Origin: Verrucomicrobiota bacterium
Lineage (GTDB): Bacteria; Verrucomicrobiota; Verrucomicrobiia; Limisphaerales; UBA1096
Length of the DNA: 64,000 bases
NCBI GenBank assembly: GCA_014382705.1
Contig: JACNJE010000133.1
Coordinates: 15,964 to 79,963, forward strand
Direction: 5' to 3'
The notes beneath the pieces are model-generated. The model did not search any database. It saw only the letters and a program-made list of their open reading frames with translations, and was not told the origin of the DNA. This document shows, piece after piece, positions 1-8,729 of this stretch (position 1 is the first letter of the stretch; each line of letters begins with the position of its first letter). Both the position numbers and the translations under genes were made by a program.

Positions 1-39
1 CTGATCGCTGGGACGCACAATCGAATTTCGCACCCAAGC

Positions 40-64
40 AGCCGGCGTGAGTCGGCTCTTTTTT
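40..64 (+). terminator. Rho-independent terminator of an upstream gene outside the window
   Basis: 7-bp stem AGCCGGC/GTCGGCT (one G-U pair) with a GTGA loop, followed by a T6 run. It lies about 20 nt upstream of the first CDS. Confidence 0.55.
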
Positions 65-84
65 ACTCCAAAGGAACTCACGAG

Positions 85-3000
85 ATGATTCGCCGCTTCA
101 CCCTTCTTGCGCTTGGCCTCGGCCTGCTGCCGTTCGCCGCGCTTGGCCAAGCGCCCGCCAAGCCAACCCGGGCAACCGTCGTCACGCCCGCTGTCAGGGT
201 GAAGCCGGGCGTGCCCGCGAAACCGATACGCGCCCTCCCGGCGAAGGCACCCCAGCCAACGGCCACTCCCGACCGTGGTGACCCACCGCCGCCACTCAAG
301 GCGGCCAAGCCGGAGACGCCGCAGGAAAAACTGCACGCCGCGTTGACGGCGGTGAAGTTTGACCGCACGCCGGACGGCATCCTCGACGCGCTCGACGCGT
401 TGACAAAAAAAACCGAACCACAAAAGGAAAAGGCCGAGGCGGCGGCGGAGCGGTTCCGGCTGCTCGCCAATGCCGGAATTTGGGGGGAATTGGGCGAACT
501 CATCCGGTCGCTGCCGTTCGACGGCTCCGCCGAGAAGGCGTACCGCCACCTCATCACCGCCCTGCTCCGACCGCCCTCAACCCGTCCCGCGCCCACGATG
601 CCGAGCGGCATGCCGGCCATGCCGGTCGGTGCCCCGGTGCCACCGAAACCCACCAACAAGCCGCGCCCGATGCTCACGCAGGAGGATTTTGTCGAGATTT
701 TGAAACTGGCCCCGGCCGAGCCCAACGAGACCGATGTCGCCGCGCTGGGCAATCTGCTGCGTGGCGTGGGCCAGCCGAATTTGTCGCGCCTGGCCGAACG
801 GCTCGAGGCCGGCGTCGGCCAGTTCGGCGGCGACACGCCGGACGGCCGCAAGCGCGCCGCGCAACTGCTGCAGCCGTTGGCGAACAAATCCCAAGCCCGG
901 ATCGCGCTGAAGTTTGTGCCGGAGAGCGATGACGATTGGGCGCTCGAGATGCGGGCCAAGCTGCTCACCGAGGTTTGGCTCAGCAAACCCAGCCCCGCCA
1001 ACTTGTCCGCCGCGTGGCAGGCCAACGAAAAACTGATCGCCACCATCGACGACGACGCCAAGCGGCTCGACGGCATCAAGCGCGGCTTCACGCTCGTCGC
1101 GAAACTGCCCAAGACGACAGCCGACGACTGGATGAGCCGGCAATTCCGCGAGGGCGGCTCCGGGCTGAAACTGATCCAGCTCGTGCAGTCCGACGTGCAG
1201 CGCAATATTCGCAGCACCAACTTCACCGCGCGTGGCGAAAACCTGCGCAGCCTCAAGCAGATCGTCGGCGCGCTGCTTGCCGAAGCCGGCAGCGACTTGG
1301 CCAAGTGGCAACTCCCGCTGACCATCGCCGCCGAGGCGTGGCTCATCGAGGCCGAAAACACGGTGAACAATTTCCGCCCCACCCTCAACCGCAGCAACCC
1401 GATGGTCTACAATCCAGTTTACGAGCAGCAACGGATGTTGGCCCAGCAGAATTCCAGCCGCTACAAGCCACTTCAACCGGCCATCCTTCTTGAGCACGCC
1501 CCCGGCGACGCGTGGCTCGCCGCCCTGCCGGGAAGCCGCCGCGCCCGTGCCATGGCGGCGCTTGCCGAGACGCTGCTCAAGGCCCGGAAAATCGTCGAGG
1601 CCCTCGCCGCGATCGAGCGCTTGGCCAAGCACGACCCGAGAATAGCCAACTTGATTGCCAACACACTTTTGTCCTCCTGGGCGCAGGCCCGTAACCCCAA
1701 CCGCGGCGCGCCGCCGCGCATGTCCAATATCGGCATGCCGATGTACATCCCGTCACGGCCAAGCGGCACGCCCCTCACCCGCGCCAAGCAGAAACGCAAC
1801 CTTCGCGAGCTGGGCGAAATCCTCGTGCGCCTGGCCAAGCTGCCAATCGATCCGCCCAAGCCGCAGGCTGTCGTCGCCGCGTTCGAGGGCGCGCACAGTT
1901 TCGCCGAGGTGTACAAGCTCGACGACATTCGCGCGGTGTTCGGCGAGCCGGAAAAAATGCCGGTTGAGTCGCTGGCCACGCTGGTGAACTCGATGCGCCA
2001 GCGCCTGGCCACCTCATGGCGCGCGCCGCAGGTTCAGCAACAGGCCGGCACCAAGCGCGGTGATTCGCAGATCAACGCCGAGGTGCTTGCCGGTTACGAC
2101 ACGCTGCTGGCGCTGCTCGACGCCGGGCTTGCAGCCAAGCCGGATGTTTGGCAACTCCGGCTGCAGCAGGCCGCCGCGAACTTCGACCTCGCCGAGTACC
2201 AGTACGGCAACAAGGCCGATCTCGACGTGTACGTGAAGCACCGCGAGGCGGCGTTCGACGGCTTCAGCGAGGCCGCCGCGCTGTACACGCTGCAAACCGC
2301 CGCCGCCGCCGACAAGCCCAGCGCGCTCGTCTTTCAGCTTTGGTTCAACGCCAACCTCGGCGCGAGCGACCTGTCGTACGTCACCCGGCAGCAGATCCCG
2401 GAGATCGGCAACCTGCAGAAAATCCGTGACGCCATCCTCGTGCTGCCGGACTCGGAGGGTCACCTGAAGGCGTTCGGCGAGTCGGTGACCAACACGTCGC
2501 GCCAGCTCACGCCGGAGTTGAAGCCGCGCTACCTCCGCGCCTCGCTCGCCGTGCTCGAGGGTCATCCCGCCGGCGAGCCGGCCCGCGAACTGGTGCAGCA
2601 TTACGACGATTTGCTCGACGAGGTGGAACTGGTCGCGCGCATTGACGGCAGCGACGCGATCGGCCACACGGTGCCGTTCGGGCTGTTCATCGGCCTGCGG
2701 CACACGAGCGACATCGAGCGCGAGGCCGGCGGCTTTTCGCGCTACCTCGTCGGCGGCAGCAGCACCGGCACGCCGTATTTTTACCCGCGCTACCCCGGCC
2801 AGCGGCAGGCGCCGCGAGACGATCTCGAGGAGCATCTCGGCGAAAAACTCGGTGAGAATTTCGAGGTGCAGTCGATCACGTTTCACGACAACAAAATCCA
2901 GTCGCGCACCGTCGGCCAGCCGGGCTGGCGCGAGACGCCGCTGGCCTACGTGCTGCTCAAGGCAATGGACGCCTCGGTCGACCGCATCCCGGAACTGCAG

Positions 3001-3819
3001 ATGGATCTCGATTTTTACGACTCGCTTGGCCCAGTGCTGTTGCCGGTGACCACCGCGACGCAGATTGTCGATGCCCGCCCTGTGGCCGCCCCCGCCCGGC
3101 CGGTGGACAAGCTGGAACTGACGCAGACGCTCGACGCCCGCCTCGCCGGTGAAAACGCGGAACTGACGCTCGAGCTGCACGCCACCGGCAAGGGGTTGAC
3201 GCCGTCGCTCGACAAGCTCGTCGCGCTCGACATTCCCGGATTCGACATCGCCAAGACCGACGATCAAGGATTGTCGGTCGCGCGGGTCGAGTCGGGCGCG
3301 TCGGGCGTCAACGCCGTGAGCGAACGCACTTGGCTGCTCACGCTCAAGCCAAGCGGCGACGCCGGCGACTCGCTCGCGTTCAAGTTTCCGCAACCGACCG
3401 GCTTGGTGGCCAAGACCGTTTTCAAGCAATTCAGCGACGCCGACCTCGTGGAGGTGGAGAGCGAACTGGCGCTGGCCGGGCTGGTGCTGAATCCGCCGCC
3501 GGTTTGGCCGTGGATCGCTGGTGGCGCGGTGACACTGCTGCTTGGCCTTGGCGCGTGGCGCGTGGCCAAGCGCGACGATGGCCAGATTGCAACACCGGTT
3601 TACCGGGTGCCGGAGGAGTGCACGCCGTTCGCCGTCATCGATCTGCTGCAACGCATCGATGCCGCCCCGCCGAAGTCGCTGGCGGCCTCCCATCGCGACC
3701 AGCTGCAGGGCACCATTCGTGAACTCGAGCAAATCCACTTTGCGCCCGGCGCCACGCAGGCCAACGGCCACGGTGACTTGCAGGCCATCGCCCACGACTG
3801 GGTCGGCAAGGTGAGCTGA
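85..3819 (+). CDS. Large secreted/membrane-anchored protein of unknown function (1244 aa)
   Basis: ATG at 85 is preceded by a purine-rich AAAGGAA. The N-terminus looks like a signal peptide (MIRRFTLLALGLGLLPFAALGQA) and is followed by a Pro-rich linker. The long body has ordinary amino-acid composition, unlike the Arg/Ala/Pro-rich shadow ORFs on the opposite strand. One TM-like helix sits near the C-terminus (WPWIAGGAVTLLLGLGAW), followed by a tail of about 100 aa. No family recognised. Confidence 0.75.
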   Translation: MIRRFTLLALGLGLLPFAALGQAPAKPTRATVVTPAVRVKPGVPAKPIRALPAKAPQPTATPDRGDPPPPLKAAKPETPQEKLHAALTAVKFDRTPDGILDALDALTKKTEPQKEKAEAAAERFRLLANAGIWGELGELIRSLPFDGSAEKAYRHLITALLRPPSTRPAPTMPSGMPAMPVGAPVPPKPTNKPRPMLTQEDFVEILKLAPAEPNETDVAALGNLLRGVGQPNLSRLAERLEAGVGQFGGDTPDGRKRAAQLLQPLANKSQARIALKFVPESDDDWALEMRAKLLTEVWLSKPSPANLSAAWQANEKLIATIDDDAKRLDGIKRGFTLVAKLPKTTADDWMSRQFREGGSGLKLIQLVQSDVQRNIRSTNFTARGENLRSLKQIVGALLAEAGSDLAKWQLPLTIAAEAWLIEAENTVNNFRPTLNRSNPMVYNPVYEQQRMLAQQNSSRYKPLQPAILLEHAPGDAWLAALPGSRRARAMAALAETLLKARKIVEALAAIERLAKHDPRIANLIANTLLSSWAQARNPNRGAPPRMSNIGMPMYIPSRPSGTPLTRAKQKRNLRELGEILVRLAKLPIDPPKPQAVVAAFEGAHSFAEVYKLDDIRAVFGEPEKMPVESLATLVNSMRQRLATSWRAPQVQQQAGTKRGDSQINAEVLAGYDTLLALLDAGLAAKPDVWQLRLQQAAANFDLAEYQYGNKADLDVYVKHREAAFDGFSEAAALYTLQTAAAADKPSALVFQLWFNANLGASDLSYVTRQQIPEIGNLQKIRDAILVLPDSEGHLKAFGESVTNTSRQLTPELKPRYLRASLAVLEGHPAGEPARELVQHYDDLLDEVELVARIDGSDAIGHTVPFGLFIGLRHTSDIEREAGGFSRYLVGGSSTGTPYFYPRYPGQRQAPRDDLEEHLGEKLGENFEVQSITFHDNKIQSRTVGQPGWRETPLAYVLLKAMDASVDRIPELQMDLDFYDSLGPVLLPVTTATQIVDARPVAAPARPVDKLELTQTLDARLAGENAELTLELHATGKGLTPSLDKLVALDIPGFDIAKTDDQGLSVARVESGASGVNAVSERTWLLTLKPSGDAGDSLAFKFPQPTGLVAKTVFKQFSDADLVEVESELALAGLVLNPPPVWPWIAGGAVTLLLGLGAWRVAKRDDGQIATPVYRVPEECTPFAVIDLLQRIDAAPPKSLAASHRDQLQGTIRELEQIHFAPGATQANGHGDLQAIAHDWVGKVS
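139..154. repeat. Perfect 16-bp copy of the iterated palindrome GCGCTTGGCCAAGCGC (inside a CDS, read as A-L-G-Q-A)
   Basis: Read directly from the sequence. It is its own reverse complement. Confidence 0.95.
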
Positions 3820-3828
3820 CCGCCGCCG

Positions 3829-4758
3829 ATGCCTCCAACGCGCATCCTGCTCATCGCCAACCCAGAGGCCGGGCGGCACCGGGGGGAGCGCCGGTTGGCC
3901 GAGGCGCAGGCCCAACTCGGGGCGCTTGGCCAAGTGGTGACCCCCGCGCTGACTGAATCCCCCGGGCACGGCTCCCGCTTGGCCAAGGCAAACGCCCCCG
4001 ACTTCGAGATCGTCGCCGCGCTGGGCGGCGACGGCACGGTCAACGAGGTGGCCAACGGACTGATGGCCGTCGAGCCGGGCGAGCGCCCCGCCCTCGCCGT
4101 GCTGCCGGTCGGCACTGGCAACGACGTTGCCCTGACCTTCGGCTTGGCCAAGTTCGGGACGGCCCTCGCCGCCTTGGCCAACGGCAACACCCGGACGCTC
4201 GACATCGTCCGCGTGCAATTGGTGCGGGACGGGGAACCGATCACGCGGCACGCGCTGCTTTTTGCCGCCGCCGGGTTCGCCGCCGAGGTAATCCGCAAAA
4301 CCGGGCCGTGCGTGAAGCGATTTTTTGGGCGGCGATTCAGTTATTCAGTCGGGCTGTTCCGCGCGCTGGCCGGCTATCGCGCGCCGGAGTTTTCGGTGCA
4401 GTGGGACGGCGGCAAACGGTCGGGCCGGATGTTTCAGGTCTGCGCCGGCAACACCGAGTTTGCTGCGGGCGGCGTGATGCGCGTCTCCCCCGGCGCGCGG
4501 CCGGACGACGGCCTGCTCAACATCAGCCTGGTGGACGCGCTGGGCCGGCTGCAGATCGTGCGGCGGTTCCCCAGCATCCTCAGCGGAAGTTACGTCGAGG
4601 ACGAACGCGTCGACTACTTCACCGGAAAACGCCTCGAGATCGATGCCAAGCCAACGGCCGAACTTCAGGCCGACGGCGACATCATCGGCACCACCCCCGC
4701 CACGATCGAGCTGCTGCCGGGCGCGCTGCGCCTGGTCGTGCCACCGCAAAACTCATAA
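3829..4758 (+). CDS. Diacylglycerol/lipid kinase family protein (YegS/BmrU-like)
   Basis: Carries the GGDGTVNEV and LPVGTGND motifs of the DAG-kinase catalytic domain. It starts 10 nt after the preceding stop, so it is probably co-transcribed. Confidence 0.85.
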   Translation: MPPTRILLIANPEAGRHRGERRLAEAQAQLGALGQVVTPALTESPGHGSRLAKANAPDFEIVAALGGDGTVNEVANGLMAVEPGERPALAVLPVGTGNDVALTFGLAKFGTALAALANGNTRTLDIVRVQLVRDGEPITRHALLFAAAGFAAEVIRKTGPCVKRFFGRRFSYSVGLFRALAGYRAPEFSVQWDGGKRSGRMFQVCAGNTEFAAGGVMRVSPGARPDDGLLNISLVDALGRLQIVRRFPSILSGSYVEDERVDYFTGKRLEIDAKPTAELQADGDIIGTTPATIELLPGALRLVVPPQNS

Positions 4759-4792
4759 TTGCCTTTGCCGTCCCGTTTGATAGCCTGACGCC

Positions 4793-4999
4793 ATGCGAGC
4801 GTTCACGGCTGTGGTTGAAAAATGTCAGGAAACCGGTTTTTTCGTGGGATACGTGCCCGGATTTCCCGGTGCACACACCCAAGGCGAAACCTTGGATGAA
4901 CTGCAAAGTAACCTTCAGGAAGTCATCGCCATGCTTTTGGAGGATGGAGAACCTCGGCTGAACACGGAATTTGTGGGTACGCAAACCGTAAGCGTATAA
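4793..4999 (+). CDS. hicB: HicB-like antitoxin (UPF0150 family)
   Basis: A 68-aa protein (MRAFTAVVEKCQETGFFVGYVPGFPGAHTQGETLDELQSNLQEVIAMLLEDGEP) typical of short HicB-like antitoxins. It lies 5 nt upstream of a HicA-like ORF, and the locus has locally lower GC. Confidence 0.75.
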   Translation: MRAFTAVVEKCQETGFFVGYVPGFPGAHTQGETLDELQSNLQEVIAMLLEDGEPRLNTEFVGTQTVSV

Positions 5000-5004
5000 C
5001 CCAA

Positions 5005-5230
5005 ATGTCCCGCATCCCCATCCTGAAACCACGAGAGGTGATGCGGATGTTGAACAACCTCGGATTTTCACAAGTTCGCCAACGGGGTTCCCACTGTCAG
5101 TTTCGACACGCTGACGGCAGACAAACGACTGTGCCAAATCACAAGGGCCGGGATATTTTCCCCGTTTTTGCTTCGTCAGGTTTCAAAAGATATTAACCTG
5201 ACAATCGAGAAGTTTATCGAAAGCCGTTGA
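5005..5230 (+). pseudogene. hicA: HicA mRNA-interferase toxin, frameshifted
   Basis: The N-terminal 52 aa (..KPREVMRMLNNLGFSQVRQRGSHCQFRHADGRQTTVPNHKGRDI) are HicA-like. After the T4 run at 5156-5159 the annotated frame gives an unrelated tail (FPVFASSGFKRY*). The +1 frame from 5159 instead reads SPFLLRQVSKDINLTIEKFIESR*, ending at 5230, which is the expected HicA C-terminus. Confidence 0.7.
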
Positions 5231-5245
5231 CCGCATTTGGCGGTC

Positions 5246-6565
5246 TCACGGGCCGCCGCCGCCGCTGGTGATGACCTGGAAGGTCGGCTTGACGATGGGA
5301 AGCGGGTTGACGCGGCCGAGGTTGTTGAGCCAGTTCCGCCCGCCGGCCTGGCCCTGCAACGCCGCCGCCCCCGGGCCGCCGAGCATCGACTCAATGCTGA
5401 GCGAAGTCGCGTTGTGAATCTGGCCCAGCTGCATCTGCCGCTCCTCGACGGACAGGCCGGTGTTCATGCGGATCTCCCTCGCAAGCTCCTCGGCGCTGCC
5501 CTTCATCTCGTACACCTGCGCGGAGATGTTTTCCCCCAGCCCCTGCCGCTCGGCGATCTTGTGGATCGACTTGTAGTCGTAGTCGACATGGCGCATGTAA
5601 TCCTGATAACGGTCGTCGCCCAGCGAGGTGCGAATCTGCTCGTTCATCTCCCACTCGGCGAGTTGGCGTACCTCGGCGTCGGCAGGTGAGATGCTCGAGC
5701 CGGGCACCGTGCCATACTCTTCGTCGAACCCCTTGCGCGCCGTGAAGATGTCGCGGAACTCCTCCTCACTCGGATCGAACCCATCCATCTGCAGTCTCAT
5801 GTTTGCCGCCGTGGGCGACTTGCGCAGATCGTACTCCGTTTTCTGCTCGGGGGTCAGCATCGTGGCGATACGGGTGTCGCGCTCCTGCCGCAACTGGCGG
5901 ATTTCGGCCATGTCCTGCGCGTCGCTCGCGCCTTGGGCCATTTTCCGGAGCAGCTCGCTGCCGAACTCCTGCTCGAGGCTGTTCAACTCAGCCTTGGTCT
6001 CCTCCGGGATGAAATCCATCGCGTAGCCGCTCTTGGCCTTCGATCGGGCGCGAGCCAACGGGCCGGGCCGGTTGATGGCCGTCACGCCCTCCGCTCCGAA
6101 CAACTCGCCGAGCAGTTGGTTTTTCTCATGGTCGAGCTTCGCCATCTGCGAGCGCGTGGCGCCGGACGGCTGGGAGAGGGTGCTGGGATGGCCGGTTTTC
6201 CAAAAATCCTTCCGAGCGGGGGCCTTGGTCAAGATTTCGGCCTTGCGCTGGTCGTACGCTTTGTCGAGATCCTGCTTCACGAGGTCGCGGATGGTTTCCT
6301 CCGGGCAGCCGATCCGGCGCAGGTTCTCGACATAGGTCTGGTAGTCGTCGGCCTCGACCTGGCTCCAGTGAAACGGCTCGACCTCGCGCACGACCCGCTC
6401 GACCGGCGCCGCTTGGCCAAGCGCTTGGCTTGGTGCGGCAGCAACCGGAAACTGCTGGCTTGATCCCGTTGACGGCTGCCGGTCGGTGGACAGCCAAAAC
6501 AGGCCAACGAGGCAAACCAGATTTGCCACGACCGAAATCAACAATAGCCGCTGGAGTTTCATCAA
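5246..6565 (-). CDS. Hypothetical membrane-anchored/secreted protein (439 aa)
   Basis: N-terminal hydrophobic anchor (MMKLQRLLLISVVANLVCLVGLFWLS), then a charged helical body with normal composition. No family recognised. Confidence 0.65.
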   Translation of the reverse strand: MMKLQRLLLISVVANLVCLVGLFWLSTDRQPSTGSSQQFPVAAAPSQALGQAAPVERVVREVEPFHWSQVEADDYQTYVENLRRIGCPEETIRDLVKQDLDKAYDQRKAEILTKAPARKDFWKTGHPSTLSQPSGATRSQMAKLDHEKNQLLGELFGAEGVTAINRPGPLARARSKAKSGYAMDFIPEETKAELNSLEQEFGSELLRKMAQGASDAQDMAEIRQLRQERDTRIATMLTPEQKTEYDLRKSPTAANMRLQMDGFDPSEEEFRDIFTARKGFDEEYGTVPGSSISPADAEVRQLAEWEMNEQIRTSLGDDRYQDYMRHVDYDYKSIHKIAERQGLGENISAQVYEMKGSAEELAREIRMNTGLSVEERQMQLGQIHNATSLSIESMLGGPGAAALQGQAGGRNWLNNLGRVNPLPIVKPTFQVITSGGGGP

Positions 6566-6683
6566 ACAGGAACGAAAATAACCATCACCGACGGGTGATG
6601 CAACTCATTGAAACAACGCCGCTTGGCCAAAGTTGCGCTTGGCTTGAGGGAGGCGCGATCGCCCGCTTGGCCACGCGCTTGGG

Positions 6684-7682
6684 TTATTCTTTCGTTGGGG
6701 CGGATCGCTTGAGGTAGCGGAAAAAGTCCGAGTCGGTGGAGAAAATTAGAGTGTCATCCTTGGACAGCGTGGATTCCAGAGTTTCCATAGTCTTGAGGAA
6801 CTCGTAAAACTCACGGGCCTCGGCATTTTGGTCGAATGCCTCGGCATAGATGGCCACCGCCTTGGCATCGGCCTCACCCATAATCTGTTGCTTCCCAAGA
6901 TAGGCCTTTGACGTGATTTCTTTTAACTCCTTCTGCTGCAATCCCTTGATATTTTCGGCCTCGGCGGCGCCCTCGGCACGAAATGTGGCGGAAATCCGGG
7001 AACGCTCTGAAATCATGCGATCAAAAATTGTCTTCTGAACATCCGGATTGTAGTTAATCCGCTTGAAGCGGAAATCCAGCAACTTGATGCCTAACTGCAA
7101 CAGGTTTTTGTTAGCGTCTTCTATCACCAACTGTGCCAGCTTCGAGCGGCCATGCGTGAACATCACTAACTGGGAACCGTCGTCCAGCACCTGATCATCA
7201 GCGACAACGCTCTCCCGTTGATGGGAACGGACGACCTCCACGAGATCGTTCGCCGCGATGACATTACGCACGGCACCGTCGAGTATGCCATTGAGTCTCA
7301 ACTTGGCAAAATCCACGTCTCCTAAATTTTTGTAGAAGATCTTGGCGTCCACGATACGCCATCGTGCGTAAGTGTCGATGTAGATGAACTTCTTTTCCTT
7401 GGTACTCACCTCGTTGGGCTTGCCGTCCCACTCGAGGTAGCGTTTATCAAACGAACGAACCTTATCTACAAACGGCACACGAAAATAATAACCAGCTTGG
7501 CTTGGTTTTTCCTCTCCATCTTTGGTCTCAGGGGCATTGATTGGTTCGCGTACCGTTTTGCCAAACCTCGTCACAAAAACTTGTTCTGTTTCATCGACGA
7601 TATAAATCGACGAGAAAAATGTGATAACCGCGATGAATATCCCGATTCCGAAAAAAGTTGGAATAAGTTGCTTAAACATCAT
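6684..7682 (-). CDS. hflC: Protease modulator HflC (SPFH/band-7)
   Basis: N-terminal TM segment plus an SPFH domain. The C-terminal ..STDSDFFRYLK resembles the HflC C-terminus as I recall it from E. coli. It overlaps hflK by 4 nt (ATGA). GC is clearly lower than in the flanks. Confidence 0.9.
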   Translation of the reverse strand: MMFKQLIPTFFGIGIFIAVITFFSSIYIVDETEQVFVTRFGKTVREPINAPETKDGEEKPSQAGYYFRVPFVDKVRSFDKRYLEWDGKPNEVSTKEKKFIYIDTYARWRIVDAKIFYKNLGDVDFAKLRLNGILDGAVRNVIAANDLVEVVRSHQRESVVADDQVLDDGSQLVMFTHGRSKLAQLVIEDANKNLLQLGIKLLDFRFKRINYNPDVQKTIFDRMISERSRISATFRAEGAAEAENIKGLQQKELKEITSKAYLGKQQIMGEADAKAVAIYAEAFDQNAEAREFYEFLKTMETLESTLSKDDTLIFSTDSDFFRYLKRSAPTKE

Positions 7683-8683
7683 TTGGCCTCCTGATTCAAG
7701 TTTAACAGCGGAAGCAGCCCCTTGGCATCTTCATCCATGATGATCTTGCGGGGCCCCTGATCCACGACAAACCCTCCCTCGCCGTCATCTCTCTGTTGCG
7801 TGGCAAGAACCTTGCCGATGGTCTCAAGGTAGATTCGTTTTCGGGTGATCTCGGGCGCCTTTTGGTAGGCGCTGAAAACCTGCTTGAACAGGTCCGCGTC
7901 ACCTTGGGCGTTATTTTCGCGCTCAATGGCATACCCCTCGGCATCTAAAATTGTTCTCTTGGCTTCGCCTATAGCTTTGTAAATGACCGTGTTTTTCTCT
8001 GCCTCGGCCTTGTTGATCATCGAGGATTTTTCCTGCTGGGCCTTGTTGACATCGTTCCATGATTCCTTGACAGACTCAGGCGGATAGACGTCCTGCAGGA
8101 TTACCTGGGTAATCATGATCCCCAGTTCGTACTTGTTGACCATTTCCTGTAACGTCTTCTTCACCTCATCCTGAATTTCGGTGCGCCCCACGGTGAGCAC
8201 CTCGTTGATCGTACGATCCCCCACCACTTCACGCATCACCGCCTCGTTCATGTCTTGAAATGTGTCTTCCGCATTAAGCACTTTGAAAAGATAATTGTAT
8301 GCCTTTTCAACCCTGTACTGCGTGAACCACTGGACATCGGCGATGTTGAGGTCGCCAGTGACGATCTGGGCTGCCGCCCTCTGGGCAGGGGTGCGTGACC
8401 TCGCGGACGTTTCGTCGAACCCGAACATTGCCTTGCGCAACTCAGTAACCTTGACCTTTGTCACCCGGTCGATGCCAAACGGCCAGTTGAATTTCAAGCC
8501 CTCCTCCACGACCGGGTTGCCGATGTACCTGCCCAGTCTCAGCACGATAGCATGCTCGCCGGGGTTGATCTTGTAAAAACTGCTCATTACCCCGAAGCCG
8601 ACCAGCAGCACCACCACCCCACCAACGATTAATTTGTTAACGGCAGCCGGGTTGATTCGTATCTCGTTTGGAAAATCAGCCAT
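7679..8683 (-). CDS. hflK: Protease modulator HflK (SPFH/band-7)
   Basis: N-terminal TM segment plus an SPFH domain (..INPGEHAIVLRLGRY..), located immediately upstream of hflC and overlapping it. Confidence 0.9.
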   Translation of the reverse strand: MADFPNEIRINPAAVNKLIVGGVVVLLVGFGVMSSFYKINPGEHAIVLRLGRYIGNPVVEEGLKFNWPFGIDRVTKVKVTELRKAMFGFDETSARSRTPAQRAAAQIVTGDLNIADVQWFTQYRVEKAYNYLFKVLNAEDTFQDMNEAVMREVVGDRTINEVLTVGRTEIQDEVKKTLQEMVNKYELGIMITQVILQDVYPPESVKESWNDVNKAQQEKSSMINKAEAEKNTVIYKAIGEAKRTILDAEGYAIERENNAQGDADLFKQVFSAYQKAPEITRKRIYLETIGKVLATQQRDDGEGGFVVDQGPRKIIMDEDAKGLLPLLNLNQEAK

Positions 8684-8729
8684 GACTCAAAGAGGCCGAG
8701 TCTGCTGGGAGCCATTGCTGGTGGCGAGT

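Noticed and set aside
405-412. An A8 homopolymer inside the first gene as a phase-variation switch.
   Set aside because: It is a single tract, in frame (encoding K-K), with no evidence of alternative frames producing a product. It is noted only because long A runs are rare in this composition.
78-4251. Long ORFs antisense to or overlapping the 1244-aa gene (78..1397 minus, 577..1632 minus, 2014..4251 minus). Similar shadow ORFs occur elsewhere: 10358..12409 plus, 19645..21108 minus, 21322..23004 plus, 45274..47463 minus, 47488..49056 minus, 54341..56062 minus.
   Set aside because: Their composition is extremely rich in Arg, Ala, Gly and Pro, as expected for non-coding frames of high-GC DNA. 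They show no recognisable domains. Each overlaps a gene on the other strand or frame that has clear family motifs.
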